Positions 8,758-18,725 of a stretch of 64,000 bases of DNA are shown here, piece by piece (position 1 is the stretch's first letter; every line of letters begins with the position of its first letter). The DNA is from an uncultured bacterium (GTDB lineage Bacteria; Armatimonadota; Abditibacteriia; Abditibacteriales; Abditibacteriaceae). The notes below the pieces were generated by a model that was not told where the DNA came from, made no database searches, and saw nothing but the letters and a program-made list of their open reading frames with translations. The position numbers and the translations under genes are program-made. Where the stretch lies: contig CAWJLW010000006.1 of NCBI GenBank assembly GCA_963843795.1, positions 1,364,001 through 1,428,000 on the forward strand. The letters run 5' to 3'.

Positions 8758-11232
8758 TTAGCCCTTGAATCTCAACAAACGCAGCGCGTTTGCCACCACG
8801 ACTAACGTACTTCCTTCGTGGAAAATTACCGCCACGCTTAATTGCGCGAAACCGAACAGTGTCGAAGGAACTAAGAGCGCGATGACCCCGAGCGCGATCC
8901 ACAAATTCTGTCGAATGATCGCGCGCGATTGACGGCTCAGTGCGACCGCGAATGGCAGCCTCGATAAATCATCGCCCATCAGCGCCACATCGGCGGTTTC
9001 TAAGGCCACGTCGGTGCCGCCCGCTCCCATCGCAATACCAACCGTCGCATTCGCCAGTGCGGGCGCGTCGTTGACACCGTCGCCGACCATGGCGACTTGT
9101 CCGTGTTCGGCCAGCAATTCCTTGATGGCTGTGACTTTGTGTTCCGGCAGCAAATCGGCGCGCACATCGGTAACGCCTGCTTTGTCGGCGATGGTTTGGG
9201 CCACGCGCGCGTTGTCGCCGGTCAACATAATCAGGCTCGTGATGCCCAGCGCGCGCAATTGTTGCAGCGAAGCGGGCGTTTCGTTGCGCAGTCCATCGGC
9301 TAAAGCCAGTACGCCAAGTACTTGGGAGCCGCGCCCGATGAGCATAGTCGGCTTGCCACTGTCGCCCAATTGCTGCATTTGGGTTCGCAATTCGTTTGAT
9401 ACGACAATGCTCGCTTCTTCAAACATCCGCAAGTTGCCGATGCGCACGATTTCATTTCCCACGGCGCTTTCCACTCCGCGTCCCTGCAAATTGATGAGTT
9501 CGCCCGTCGTCTCCAACTTTAAATTATCAACCTGCGCGCGTCGCACCACCGCTAAAGCAAGAGGATGATTGGAACGCGTTTCCACGCTTGCCGCGAGCGT
9601 CAGTAATTCAATTTCGCTGATATTGGCAGCGGGCACAATGTCGGAAACTTCGGGCCGTCCACGCGTTAACGTGCCGGTTTTGTCTAATGCGATGGCATTC
9701 AGTTTCCCCAGATTTTCCAGATGTACGCCGCCTTTTATCAAAACACCGTTGCGCGCTGCCTGCCCGATGCCAGCCAAAACTGCTGCTGGAGTGGCCAAGG
9801 CTAATGCGCATGGTGATGCGGCGACCAAGGTTGAAATCGCGCGCAAAAACGCTTCCTTCCAACTTAGCCAACCGGCGATTGGCGGCACAATCGCTGCCAA
9901 AATCACGATGCCTAGAATACAAGGCACGAAGATGCGCTCGAAATTTTCGGCGAAAGTTTGCGTTGGCGATTTCTGGCTTTGCGCTTCTTCGACCATTTGC
10001 ACCACGCGCGCCATCGTGGTGTCTTTGGCCAGCTTTGTCACCGTCACTTCCAACGCGCCATCACCGTTGATGGAACCCGCGAACACATCGTCACCGGATT
10101 CTTTATCGACCGGCACGCTTTCGCCAGTAATCGGGCTTTGATCGAGGGAAGAATGCCCTGTAAGTACTTGCCCTTCCACTGCGACACGATCTCCGGGCCG
10201 AATAATGGCAATATCGCCGATTTGCAATTGTTCTACCGGCACTTCGATTTCCTGATTAGACCCAGAAGGAGTTTCTCGCCGCACGCGCGCCGTTTTCGGC
10301 GTGAGCTTGCCCAAGGCATTAATTGCATTACGCGCCTTTTCCATCGCACCATGTTCCATTGCATGGCCCAGAGAAAAAAGGAAGAGCAGAAATGCGCCTT
10401 CGGCCCATTCTCCCAGCAAAGCCGCGCCGACTGCGCCTGCCAGCATCAGAAAATCCACGTCGAAACGACCGTGTAACATTGAAGGAATCGCATGGCGCGC
10501 CAGGTTATAACCACCTGCTACATAAGCGCCGAGATAACAGGTCAGCGCGATAGGAAACGGTAGGTTTGAAGCGCGGTCAATCACGAAACCCAGCACCAAG
10601 AAAACGCCCGCTAGTAGCGACATGCCCAGCTCACGGTTTCGCGCCCACCAACCGCCGCCCTCTGGGACCTCGTGCGCGTGGTCGTCGTGCTCATCGCGTT
10701 CAACTGTTGGGTGCTCGTGACCTTCATGCTCGCGCGGAGCGACGGTTAGATCGACTGTATTTTGCGATGGCACGCGGTAGCCCAATTTGCCGACGGTTTT
10801 GACGATTTGCGCGCGGTCGGTAAGCGTGGAATCGTATTCGACTTTCATTTTTCCGGTAGGGTAATTCACATTGACGTGCGTCACGCCGGACGCTTTGCCG
10901 ACGATTTGTTCCAGACCCCCCGCGCAACTGGCGCAGTCCATGCCCGCAATCGGCAATGTCTCGTGCTTGAATCGTTGTGTAATAGCTGCGCCTTCATCGC
11001 GCGCCAAACGTTCCAATTTTTCCAGCGTGACCAGATTTGGATCGTAGTGCAAACATAGGTGCGGTTTGCCACGATCTGTGTCTATGTGGGCTTGTTCGAT
11101 TCCGGTTTGTGTGCTGAGAAGAGTTTGTAAGCGCGCGATGCAGCCATCCTGTGCATCATCGACGCCAGGCAGCACAACAGGCAATTCGAGTTGCAACGTT
11201 TGCTGACCGGGTTTGATTTTGTGTTCAGACAT
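8758..11232 (-). CDS. Heavy-metal P1B-type ATPase (ZntA/CadA-like) with HMA domain and His-rich linker
   Basis: GMDCASC, TGES, SPCALAL, DKTGT, HP, GDGVNDAP. Confidence 0.95.
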   Translation of the reverse strand: MSEHKIKPGQQTLQLELPVVLPGVDDAQDGCIARLQTLLSTQTGIEQAHIDTDRGKPHLCLHYDPNLVTLEKLERLARDEGAAITQRFKHETLPIAGMDCASCAGGLEQIVGKASGVTHVNVNYPTGKMKVEYDSTLTDRAQIVKTVGKLGYRVPSQNTVDLTVAPREHEGHEHPTVERDEHDDHAHEVPEGGGWWARNRELGMSLLAGVFLVLGFVIDRASNLPFPIALTCYLGAYVAGGYNLARHAIPSMLHGRFDVDFLMLAGAVGAALLGEWAEGAFLLFLFSLGHAMEHGAMEKARNAINALGKLTPKTARVRRETPSGSNQEIEVPVEQLQIGDIAIIRPGDRVAVEGQVLTGHSSLDQSPITGESVPVDKESGDDVFAGSINGDGALEVTVTKLAKDTTMARVVQMVEEAQSQKSPTQTFAENFERIFVPCILGIVILAAIVPPIAGWLSWKEAFLRAISTLVAASPCALALATPAAVLAGIGQAARNGVLIKGGVHLENLGKLNAIALDKTGTLTRGRPEVSDIVPAANISEIELLTLAASVETRSNHPLALAVVRRAQVDNLKLETTGELINLQGRGVESAVGNEIVRIGNLRMFEEASIVVSNELRTQMQQLGDSGKPTMLIGRGSQVLGVLALADGLRNETPASLQQLRALGITSLIMLTGDNARVAQTIADKAGVTDVRADLLPEHKVTAIKELLAEHGQVAMVGDGVNDAPALANATVGIAMGAGGTDVALETADVALMGDDLSRLPFAVALSRQSRAIIRQNLWIALGVIALLVPSTLFGFAQLSVAVIFHEGSTLVVVANALRLLRFKG

Positions 11233-11472
11233 AATCTTTTGGAAGGGACATTATAGAAAGCGTGATTTTAAGCGCAGAGTAAGATTTGAAGCCACGCTGC
11301 AAGTTACTTGCAGAGCATGTTCTGCGTTACATTGGAACCTGTCATCCCAATTTACCCAAGTTCTGAGTGTAGCCGCTGAATGGCGTTCCTTGAATTGAGG
11401 CGAGATTGGCGTAAGATATGCAGCAATGCTACGGCCGCAAACGAAAATCCAAAATCAATAAGGAGCTACGTT

Positions 11473-12381
11473 ATGTCAGACAAAGAACTGCCTCAAGGTC
11501 CGTTGGGTCGCACTGGATTGAATGTGACCAAGTTGGGCTATGGCGCGATGGAAGTGCGCGGCCCACGCATCTGGGGCGGGCGGCCCATCGAGGAAAGCGA
11601 AGCCGAAACCATTCTCAACGCCGTTCTGGACGAAGGCATCAATTTCATTGACACGGCCAACGATTACGGACGCAGCGAAGAATTTATTGGCAAATTTCTG
11701 GCGCACCGACGCGACGAATTCGTTCTCGCCACCAAATGCGGCTGCACAGTGGTTCACAAAGACGAGAATACCGACGACACGCCGCATGTCTGGACGCGCG
11801 AGAATTTATTTCGTGGCCTGAACGAATCGCTCGAACGCATGAAAACCGATTATATCGACTTGATGCAGCTTCACAATCCCAGCGTGGAGCAAGTCGACGA
11901 AGGGGATTTGGTGGACGCTCTGCAACAAATGAAAAAACAGGGAAAAGTGCGTCACATCGGCATTTCTTCGACCAATCCGCACTTGCAGACCTATATTGAA
12001 CGCGGCGTCTTCGAAGCTTTTCAAATTCCCTATTCGGCACTTGAACGCGATCACGAATCCTTAATTCAGCAGGCCGCAGATTCTGGCGCGGGCGTCATCG
12101 TGCGTGGTGGCGTGGCGCGCGGTGAGCCGGGCGCGGGGCTGGGTAGCGGTGAACGTTGGGAGCTTTGGGAGAAAGCCAAATTGGACGAGCTACTGGATGA
12201 AGGCGAAAATCGCACGCAGTTTTTGCTGCGCTTTACCAATTCTCATCCCGGCATGAGCACCAATATCGTCGGTACCAAAAACCCTGAACATCTGCGCGAA
12301 AACGTGCGCGCTGCCGCACGCGGCCCACTGGCACCGGATGTTTATGAGGAAGCCAAAAAGCGTTTGGACGCGGCGGCTTAA
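11473..12381 (+). CDS. Aldo/keto reductase
   Basis: LGYGAM, IDTANDYGRSEE, LATK, DYIDLMQLH, GKVRHIGIS; AGGAG RBS before ATG 11473. Confidence 0.92.
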   Translation: MSDKELPQGPLGRTGLNVTKLGYGAMEVRGPRIWGGRPIEESEAETILNAVLDEGINFIDTANDYGRSEEFIGKFLAHRRDEFVLATKCGCTVVHKDENTDDTPHVWTRENLFRGLNESLERMKTDYIDLMQLHNPSVEQVDEGDLVDALQQMKKQGKVRHIGISSTNPHLQTYIERGVFEAFQIPYSALERDHESLIQQAADSGAGVIVRGGVARGEPGAGLGSGERWELWEKAKLDELLDEGENRTQFLLRFTNSHPGMSTNIVGTKNPEHLRENVRAAARGPLAPDVYEEAKKRLDAAA

Positions 12382-12514
12382 AACCTGAGTCGACACCTTT
12401 TCGTTTTTCGTTAATACCGCGAACCTATCATTGCGAAGGAGCTTTGTGACTGCAGCAAAGCTCCTTCGAATTGGCACTTTGTTAATACACCACTTTGTTT
12501 CAAATTCAACTCCT

Positions 12515-13393
12515 ATGAAAATTCTCGTTACGGGCGCGGGCGGCAATCTCGCGCAAGGAATCGTGCCTCGCTTACGTGCCGCAGGTCACCAACTGGTGCT
12601 GCACGATTTGCGGCGTCTGCCCGACGAATTCGTTGGCGATGCGGCTTTTGTTCAGGGCGATGGGCAGCAGGGCATCGGACTCGACCGAGCGGCTCAAGAT
12701 TGCGACCTGATTTTGCACATGCCTGCATGGCACGGCATTCACTGGCGTTCGAATACCGAAGTCGATTTCTGGCGTTTGAACGTAGATGGAACGTTTTGGA
12801 TGTTTCAAGCCGCCGTTAATCAAAAAGTCAAACATGTTGTCTTTATGTCGTCGATGGCGTGGCATGGCCATTACGACAAATACGGTTTCACCAAGCGAAT
12901 CGGCGAGGAAATGTGCGAATATTATCGGCGTAATCACGGCATTGGCTACGTCGCGGTACGGCCCAGCTCGGTGACGCCCTGGGACGAATTTCCCGAATAT
13001 GGCACGCGCTTTTTGTACGGAGGCGTGCATCGCGAAGATGTGCTCGATTGCATTCAGCGCTCGGTCGAATATCTCGCGCCTGCGTTCGAAGGCGAAGCAC
13101 CTGGTTTCACGGTAAATGCAATGGCTGCCAATGCTTACACCCAAGAGCAAATCGAAAACTGGGAAAGCGATCCGTTAGGAACTGTTGAAACGATTTTTCC
13201 AAATTCGCGTGCTCTCGTTGAAAAATATCAGATGAAAATCGAACGTCGACCGCATTTATATGATTTGGGTGAAGGCGCGCCGCGCATTGGCTACAAACCC
13301 ACGCGGCATTTCGGTACTTTTTTGGAAGAATTGCGCGCGCTGGACGAAAGCGGCGGAGTCGCAGCCGTAAACGCCGTGCGCTGTCATTATTGA
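12515..13393 (+). CDS. NAD-dependent epimerase/dehydratase (extended SDR)
   Basis: ILVTGAGGNLA, YGFTK (YxxxK). Confidence 0.88.
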   Translation: MKILVTGAGGNLAQGIVPRLRAAGHQLVLHDLRRLPDEFVGDAAFVQGDGQQGIGLDRAAQDCDLILHMPAWHGIHWRSNTEVDFWRLNVDGTFWMFQAAVNQKVKHVVFMSSMAWHGHYDKYGFTKRIGEEMCEYYRRNHGIGYVAVRPSSVTPWDEFPEYGTRFLYGGVHREDVLDCIQRSVEYLAPAFEGEAPGFTVNAMAANAYTQEQIENWESDPLGTVETIFPNSRALVEKYQMKIERRPHLYDLGEGAPRIGYKPTRHFGTFLEELRALDESGGVAAVNAVRCHY

Positions 13394-13495
13394 TAACAAT
13401 TTGCTGCAAATATTGGCGGCATTATTTTTCTTGATTAGTCAAGCGTCGTTTGACAAATTCACAATTCAGTCGGGAAAAGGAAATCGAAGAAATTT

Positions 13496-14377
13496 ATGGC
13501 TTTCAAAGTTTTAGTGACGGGCGGTGCTGGCGTTGCGGGCCGCTTGACTTGCAATTTGTTGCTCGAAAACGGCTTTGAAGTGCGTATGGTCGATGTGGGC
13601 GCGCCACCGGAATCTTGGCGCACTGGTGAGGGTCGAGATTACCAGCGTTGCGATACTCGCACACCCGCCGACTGTCGACGCGCAGTTGAAGGTTGCGATG
13701 CCGTAGTGCATCTGGCCGCGTGGCATTGTGCCCATCAGCCGCCGGTTTCGGATGAAACTATCTGGGCCGTCAACAGCGATGGCACTTTCAATATTTTTCA
13801 GGCGTGCCGCGAAGCCGGAGTGCGCGCGGTTGTTTACGCGTCGTCCATGGCGTATGGTTGGGGAGGTGTGTATTCCGTCACTAAAGTGGTAGGCGAAGAT
13901 TTATGCCGCTGCTATCACGAAAGTACCGGTGCAACCGTTGTGATGCTGCGCTATCACGATTTCGTGCCCAAACCGTATTTGGCTTTCGGCGAAAAATTGC
14001 TGCGCAACGGTGTCGATGCGCGAGATGTGGCTGCTTCCAATGTGGCCGCCGTGCGCGCCGGACTGGAAGAACGCTTTGGCTTATTCATGTCCATCGTTCA
14101 CACCGCGCACGGACTACCCGATGAAGCGGTAGAAAACTTTCGCGAATATGGCCCCGACTGGTGTGAAAGCGTTCTGCCGGGCGCGCGCGAGCTGATTGCC
14201 AAATATCAACTCGATCTACCTATGCGCGTCGAACAACACGACCTGAGTCAGGCTGCGCAGAAGCTGGATTGGAAACCGCAAATCGGTTTTCTCGAATTTC
14301 TGCGCGATTTACAAGCGCGCGATGCAAGCGGTGAAAACGTGCGGCAACTTTGGGCAGAGGGTCAGTTGCCGACTTGA
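13496..14377 (+). CDS. NAD-dependent epimerase/dehydratase (extended SDR), paralog of the previous gene
   Basis: VLVTGGAGVAG, HLAA, YSVTK. Confidence 0.88.
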   Translation: MAFKVLVTGGAGVAGRLTCNLLLENGFEVRMVDVGAPPESWRTGEGRDYQRCDTRTPADCRRAVEGCDAVVHLAAWHCAHQPPVSDETIWAVNSDGTFNIFQACREAGVRAVVYASSMAYGWGGVYSVTKVVGEDLCRCYHESTGATVVMLRYHDFVPKPYLAFGEKLLRNGVDARDVAASNVAAVRAGLEERFGLFMSIVHTAHGLPDEAVENFREYGPDWCESVLPGARELIAKYQLDLPMRVEQHDLSQAAQKLDWKPQIGFLEFLRDLQARDASGENVRQLWAEGQLPT

Positions 14378-14485
14378 ACTGTGTTTATTTTCCTCGCGAT
14401 GAAAGTCAAGCTCGCAAGTACTTGCAGCGCTATAACGCTCCAAAACCAAACGCACCATTTCAGATTCAGATTCAAAGGTTAATTT

Positions 14486-15847
14486 ATGGCTTCTTATCAA
14501 TTTCCACGCAATTTTCAATGGGGCGTCGCTGCGGCTTCGGCGCAAATCGAAGGCGCAATTTCCGCCGATGGCAAAGGCGAATCGATCTGGGATCGTTTTT
14601 CACAAACCGCGGGTAACATCGCTGATGGCAGTTCGACCGAACCGGCGTGCGATCACTACCATCGCTACCGCGAAGACATCGCCTTAATGCAGCAGATGGG
14701 CGTGAAGAATTATCGTTTGTCTATCGCGTGGCCGCGTATTTTTCCACACGGCATTGGCGCGCCCAATTTGCCCGGACTGGAATTTTACGACCGCGTCATC
14801 GATACGCTTTTAGAAGCGGGTATCACGCCTTGGGTGACGATGTTTCACTGGGACTTGCCACAAGAATTAGAAGATCAGGGCGGCTGGACGAATCGCGACA
14901 TCGTGCGCGCTTTTGAAGGTTATGTTCACACTATTGTGCCGCGCTATGCCGACCGCGTGAAAAATTGGTTCACACTCAATGAAATGCCCTGTTTTATTGG
15001 TCTGGGTTATCAAACCGGTATCCACGCGCCCGGTCGTAAGGAAGATCCGAGAATTGTCAATCAGGCTTATCATCACGCGCTGTTGTGTCATGGCGCGGGT
15101 GTGCGCGCCGTGCGCCAATATGGCGGCAAAGATGCGCGGGTCGGTTTGGTGCACAATCCGCCGACGCCGATTCCCTTGACCGAAACCAAAGCCGATATGG
15201 CCGCTGCGCAGATGGAATACAAGCGTGTGACCTCACAATTGATGGCGCCGGTTTACAAAAGTGGCTACGGCGTGGAATTTCTGCAGGACGCGGGTGAAGC
15301 GCGCCCCGAAATCAGCGGCGATGATATGAAATTGATCAACGAACCGGGCGATTATCTCGGGTTGAATTTGTATGCGGGCTATTATGTGCGCGCGAAATTT
15401 ACCGATGAAAAGCAGAAGAATTTCGTGCCCGAAATCGTCCCGTTTTCGGAAAGTTTTCCACGTGGCGATTTGCCCTGGATTCACATCACGCCACAAACGT
15501 TGTATTGGGCGGTGCGCCACGCTTACGATGTGCATGGCGTGCGCAATTTTTATATCGCCGAAAACGGCATGGCAGCGCCGGATGTGATGAATGGCGATGG
15601 CGAAATATTAGATTTGGACAGGCGCGAATATCTGCGCAATTATCTGGTTGGATTGCATCGCGCAGTCGATGAAGGTTACAAGGTCGGCGGCTATTTTCTC
15701 TGGACGTGGATGGACAATTTCGAGTGGGCCGAAGGTTACGCCAAACGCTTTGGCATCGTTTACAATAATTACGATACACAAGAGCGCACACCGAAGTTAT
15801 CCGCGCAGTGGTATCAGCAACTCATGGCCGAAAATCGAATTGTGTAG
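14486..15847 (+). CDS. GH1 beta-glucosidase
   Basis: FQWGVAAASAQIEG, CDHYHRY, TLNEMP, YIAENG, DNFEWAEGY. Confidence 0.96.
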   Translation: MASYQFPRNFQWGVAAASAQIEGAISADGKGESIWDRFSQTAGNIADGSSTEPACDHYHRYREDIALMQQMGVKNYRLSIAWPRIFPHGIGAPNLPGLEFYDRVIDTLLEAGITPWVTMFHWDLPQELEDQGGWTNRDIVRAFEGYVHTIVPRYADRVKNWFTLNEMPCFIGLGYQTGIHAPGRKEDPRIVNQAYHHALLCHGAGVRAVRQYGGKDARVGLVHNPPTPIPLTETKADMAAAQMEYKRVTSQLMAPVYKSGYGVEFLQDAGEARPEISGDDMKLINEPGDYLGLNLYAGYYVRAKFTDEKQKNFVPEIVPFSESFPRGDLPWIHITPQTLYWAVRHAYDVHGVRNFYIAENGMAAPDVMNGDGEILDLDRREYLRNYLVGLHRAVDEGYKVGGYFLWTWMDNFEWAEGYAKRFGIVYNNYDTQERTPKLSAQWYQQLMAENRIV

Positions 15848-15856
15848 TTGAATTAA

Positions 15857-15896
15857 CAAAAAAGCGCCCTGCAAGTACTTGCAGGGCGCTTTTTTG
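15857..15896. terminator. 40-bp perfect palindrome centred on the 12-mer; bidirectional terminator-like, between convergent genes
   Basis: CAAAAAAGCGCCCT-GCAAGTACTTGC-AGGGCGCTTTTTTG. Confidence 0.85.
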
Positions 15897-15953
15897 GAAA
15901 AGAAAACCGCTGTTTCTTTTGGGAAAACAGCGGTTTTGATTGTAGTGAAGTTG

Positions 15954-16229
15954 TCAGACGCGGCGGCCTTGGCCGGTGACGGCTTTGTAAATCGCGATAA
16001 CGATACAAGCGCCAATAATGCCAAAGATGAGCTGCATGATGCTAAATCCGGCACCTAAAGCTCCCATACCCAGCAGGCTGGAAATAAAGCCCCCAACGAA
16101 AGCTCCGAGAATGCCAGCGACAATGTTCGCAATCGCACCCATCGAAGCGTCAGTGTTCATGATCTTCGAAGCAATCCAACCAATGAACGCGCCCGCCAAA
16201 ATCGTGATGATCAAACCCATGTAACTCAC
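15954..16229 (-). CDS. GlsB/YeaQ/YmgE family stress-response membrane protein
   Basis: GAFIGWIASKIM...GAIANIVAGILGAFVGG pattern. Confidence 0.9.
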   Translation of the reverse strand: MSYMGLIITILAGAFIGWIASKIMNTDASMGAIANIVAGILGAFVGGFISSLLGMGALGAGFSIMQLIFGIIGACIVIAIYKAVTGQGRRV

Positions 16230-16461
16230 ACTCCTTGAAATTCCGCATTTTTGGAAACCTCGACAACTGGCCTCTGATTTTGCGCGGATAAATAACTTTT
16301 ACCGCAACTCTGGTGCCAACCTTTCACTTTTCTCCGAGCCAGGCAGATTTTTCAAGCGCGGCAAAAATTGTCGATTGTAGAGCGATAGAGTAAACCGATG
16401 AGGAATTTCAGCACAAGATAAAAATAGCTCAGTAGGTACTTGCTGGCTTTTGAGGAGAATA

Positions 16462-17517
16462 ATGGCATTGCGAATTGGCGTAATTGAAGGCGATGGAGTC
16501 GGGCCCGAAGTCGTGTCATGGGGCGTTTCGGTTTTGGAGGCGATCTCACGACGAGGAAACTTAGATTTAGAATTCATTAAAGCTCCAGTTGGCGGTACGA
16601 CCTATCTGGAAACCGGACAGGTTTTGCCCGCGACTTCGTTGCAAGACCTGCGTGGTTGCGCGGCGATTTTGAAAGGCCCGATGGGGCGGCCCGATATTGA
16701 AGCGGGCGTCGTCGAGCGCGACGGCATTCTGGCGCTGCGTCAGCATTTGGAACAATACGTTAATCTACGTCCGGTAAAACTTTTTCGCGGCTTGGAAGCC
16801 GCTTCACCCCTGAAAGACGCGCTGTTAGAGAGAGGCGTTGATTTTCTGATTGTGCGCGAAAATAGCGAAGGTTTATATTCGCGCATGGGCGGCCTTACTT
16901 CGCACAGCGCAACCGATATTAACCTGTTCACCGAGCGCGGCGTGCGGCGCATTTTGGAATTCGCTTTCGCAATGGCGGCCAAGCGCAATAAGAATCTGGT
17001 GAGTGTCGATAAAGCCAATGTGCTTTCGGCTTCCTTGTTCTGGCGTCGAATGTTCGATGCGATGAGCGAATCTCATCCCGATATCAAATGTTCGACGCAA
17101 CTGGTCGATTCGTTTTGCTTGTTGGTTTTGCAAGACCCCAGCCCGCGCAAATGGGATGTTATCGTGACCGACAATATGTTCGGCGATATTATCGCCGATG
17201 AAGCTGCTGCGATTGTCGGTAGTTTGGGCATGAGTCCTTCGGCGAACCTGAATCCCGGCGGCATCGGCATGGTCGAACCGGTTCACGGCAGCGCACCCGA
17301 CATCGCTGGTCAAGGCATCGTCAATCCGCTCGCGACAATTTTGTCGTGCGCCCTGATGATGCGTCATTGTTTCGACCGCGATGACTTGGCCGTAGAAATC
17401 GAAAACGCAGTGCAAAGCGCGTTGGACGATGGTTTCCGCACCGTCGATATCGCCGCCGGTGGCGCGAAATGCACGACCGAAGAAATGGGCGCAGCAGTCT
17501 TGAAACACTTGAATTGA
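16462..17517 (+). CDS. leuB: 3-isopropylmalate dehydrogenase (or close paralog)
   Basis: GDGVGPEV, NLRP, VRENSEGLY, VDKANVL, NMFGDI, EPVHGSAPDIAGQG. Confidence 0.85.
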   Translation: MALRIGVIEGDGVGPEVVSWGVSVLEAISRRGNLDLEFIKAPVGGTTYLETGQVLPATSLQDLRGCAAILKGPMGRPDIEAGVVERDGILALRQHLEQYVNLRPVKLFRGLEAASPLKDALLERGVDFLIVRENSEGLYSRMGGLTSHSATDINLFTERGVRRILEFAFAMAAKRNKNLVSVDKANVLSASLFWRRMFDAMSESHPDIKCSTQLVDSFCLLVLQDPSPRKWDVIVTDNMFGDIIADEAAAIVGSLGMSPSANLNPGGIGMVEPVHGSAPDIAGQGIVNPLATILSCALMMRHCFDRDDLAVEIENAVQSALDDGFRTVDIAAGGAKCTTEEMGAAVLKHLN

Positions 17518-17524
17518 AAATCAT

Positions 17525-17629
17525 CACAGAGAACACGGAGGACACAGAGTTTTTAGGAAAAAGTTCTTCTGCAAGTACTTGCAGGGGAAAATTCTATAAG
17601 AAATTTCTGTGTCCTCCGTGTTCTCTGTG
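17525..17629. repeat. 105-bp element with 24-bp perfect terminal inverted repeats and the 12-mer palindrome inside
   Basis: CACAGAGAACACGGAGGACACAGA (17525-17548) and TCTGTGTCCTCCGTGTTCTCTGTG (17606-17629). Confidence 0.85.
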
Positions 17630-17649
17630 GTTTATTAAAAGTCTGAAAT

Positions 17650-18636
17650 ATGAATCGAACTGAAATTTCACAACTCATCATGTTGGGCATTCCGTCCGAC
17701 AATGATTTATCGAGCGTGCGCCACCTTCAACCCGGCGGCATCATTTTGATGGGACGCAACGCGGGCACGCGAGCCGAAGTGCGCCGCCTGACGCGCGCGA
17801 TTTTGCAGGAATGTGGCGAAGCCCCACTCATCGCGACCGATCAAGAAGGTGGGCGCGTGCAGCGTTTGACTGATGGTTTCACAAAAATTTCCTCGATGCG
17901 CGAATTGGGCGAGCAGGGAGCGACCGCCGTTGGTTTGATGGCGATGAACGTCGCGGCAGAACTTCGCGCGGTTGGTGTGAATGTCAACTTCGCGCCGGTT
18001 TGCGATGTGCCGACACACGCTGAAGACAGCGTTATCGGCGACCGCGCGTTTGCGAATGATCCGATTCGCGGCGGGCTTTTGGCGGCAGAATATATTCGTG
18101 GCGCCCAGCCGACGGTTTTGTGCGTGGCCAAACATTTTCCTGGTCACGGCGGCGTTGGTGTCGATTCGCACAAAGCTTTGCCGACTGACGAAAGCGATTT
18201 GGAAACTTGGCGCGCCAATCACCGCATGGCGTTTCAAGCCGCAATTGCCGCAGGTGTTCACGGCATGATGATCGGACATCTGAATTTTCCGAAACTGGAT
18301 GCCGATGAAATCGACGGCATTCCGGTTCCGGCCACTTTATCGCAGCCGATTGTCACCGATTTATTGCGCGGCGAACTGCGCTTTCGCGGCGTAGTTTTCA
18401 CCGACGACTTGGAAATGAAAGCCTTAAGCGGCCTTGATGCGGGCGAAATCGCGGTGCGCGCCATTGCTGCAGGCTGCGATCAATTGTTGTGGTGCCACAG
18501 CGCGGATAAAGCCAAACAATCGATTGATGCCATTGAGCGCGCGCTGGATAACCAAACTCTGGACATCGCGCGCGTGCAAGATGCGATTGATCGCGTGCGC
18601 TGGGCCAAACATCAGTGTGGAGTTTTGGGCGGTTAA
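17650..18636 (+). CDS. nagZ: GH3 beta-N-acetylhexosaminidase (NagZ-like)
   Basis: DQEGGRVQRL, NFAPVCD, KHFPGHG..DSH, TDDLEM. Confidence 0.88.
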   Translation: MNRTEISQLIMLGIPSDNDLSSVRHLQPGGIILMGRNAGTRAEVRRLTRAILQECGEAPLIATDQEGGRVQRLTDGFTKISSMRELGEQGATAVGLMAMNVAAELRAVGVNVNFAPVCDVPTHAEDSVIGDRAFANDPIRGGLLAAEYIRGAQPTVLCVAKHFPGHGGVGVDSHKALPTDESDLETWRANHRMAFQAAIAAGVHGMMIGHLNFPKLDADEIDGIPVPATLSQPIVTDLLRGELRFRGVVFTDDLEMKALSGLDAGEIAVRAIAAGCDQLLWCHSADKAKQSIDAIERALDNQTLDIARVQDAIDRVRWAKHQCGVLGG

Positions 18637-18725
18637 ATCTCGTTCAATGCGCCTCGCAAGTCCTTGCGAGGCGCATTTTGTGGAAAAGTAAGCGGGACGA
18701 AAAATTTTGTGGTGGGGAGTTATCT

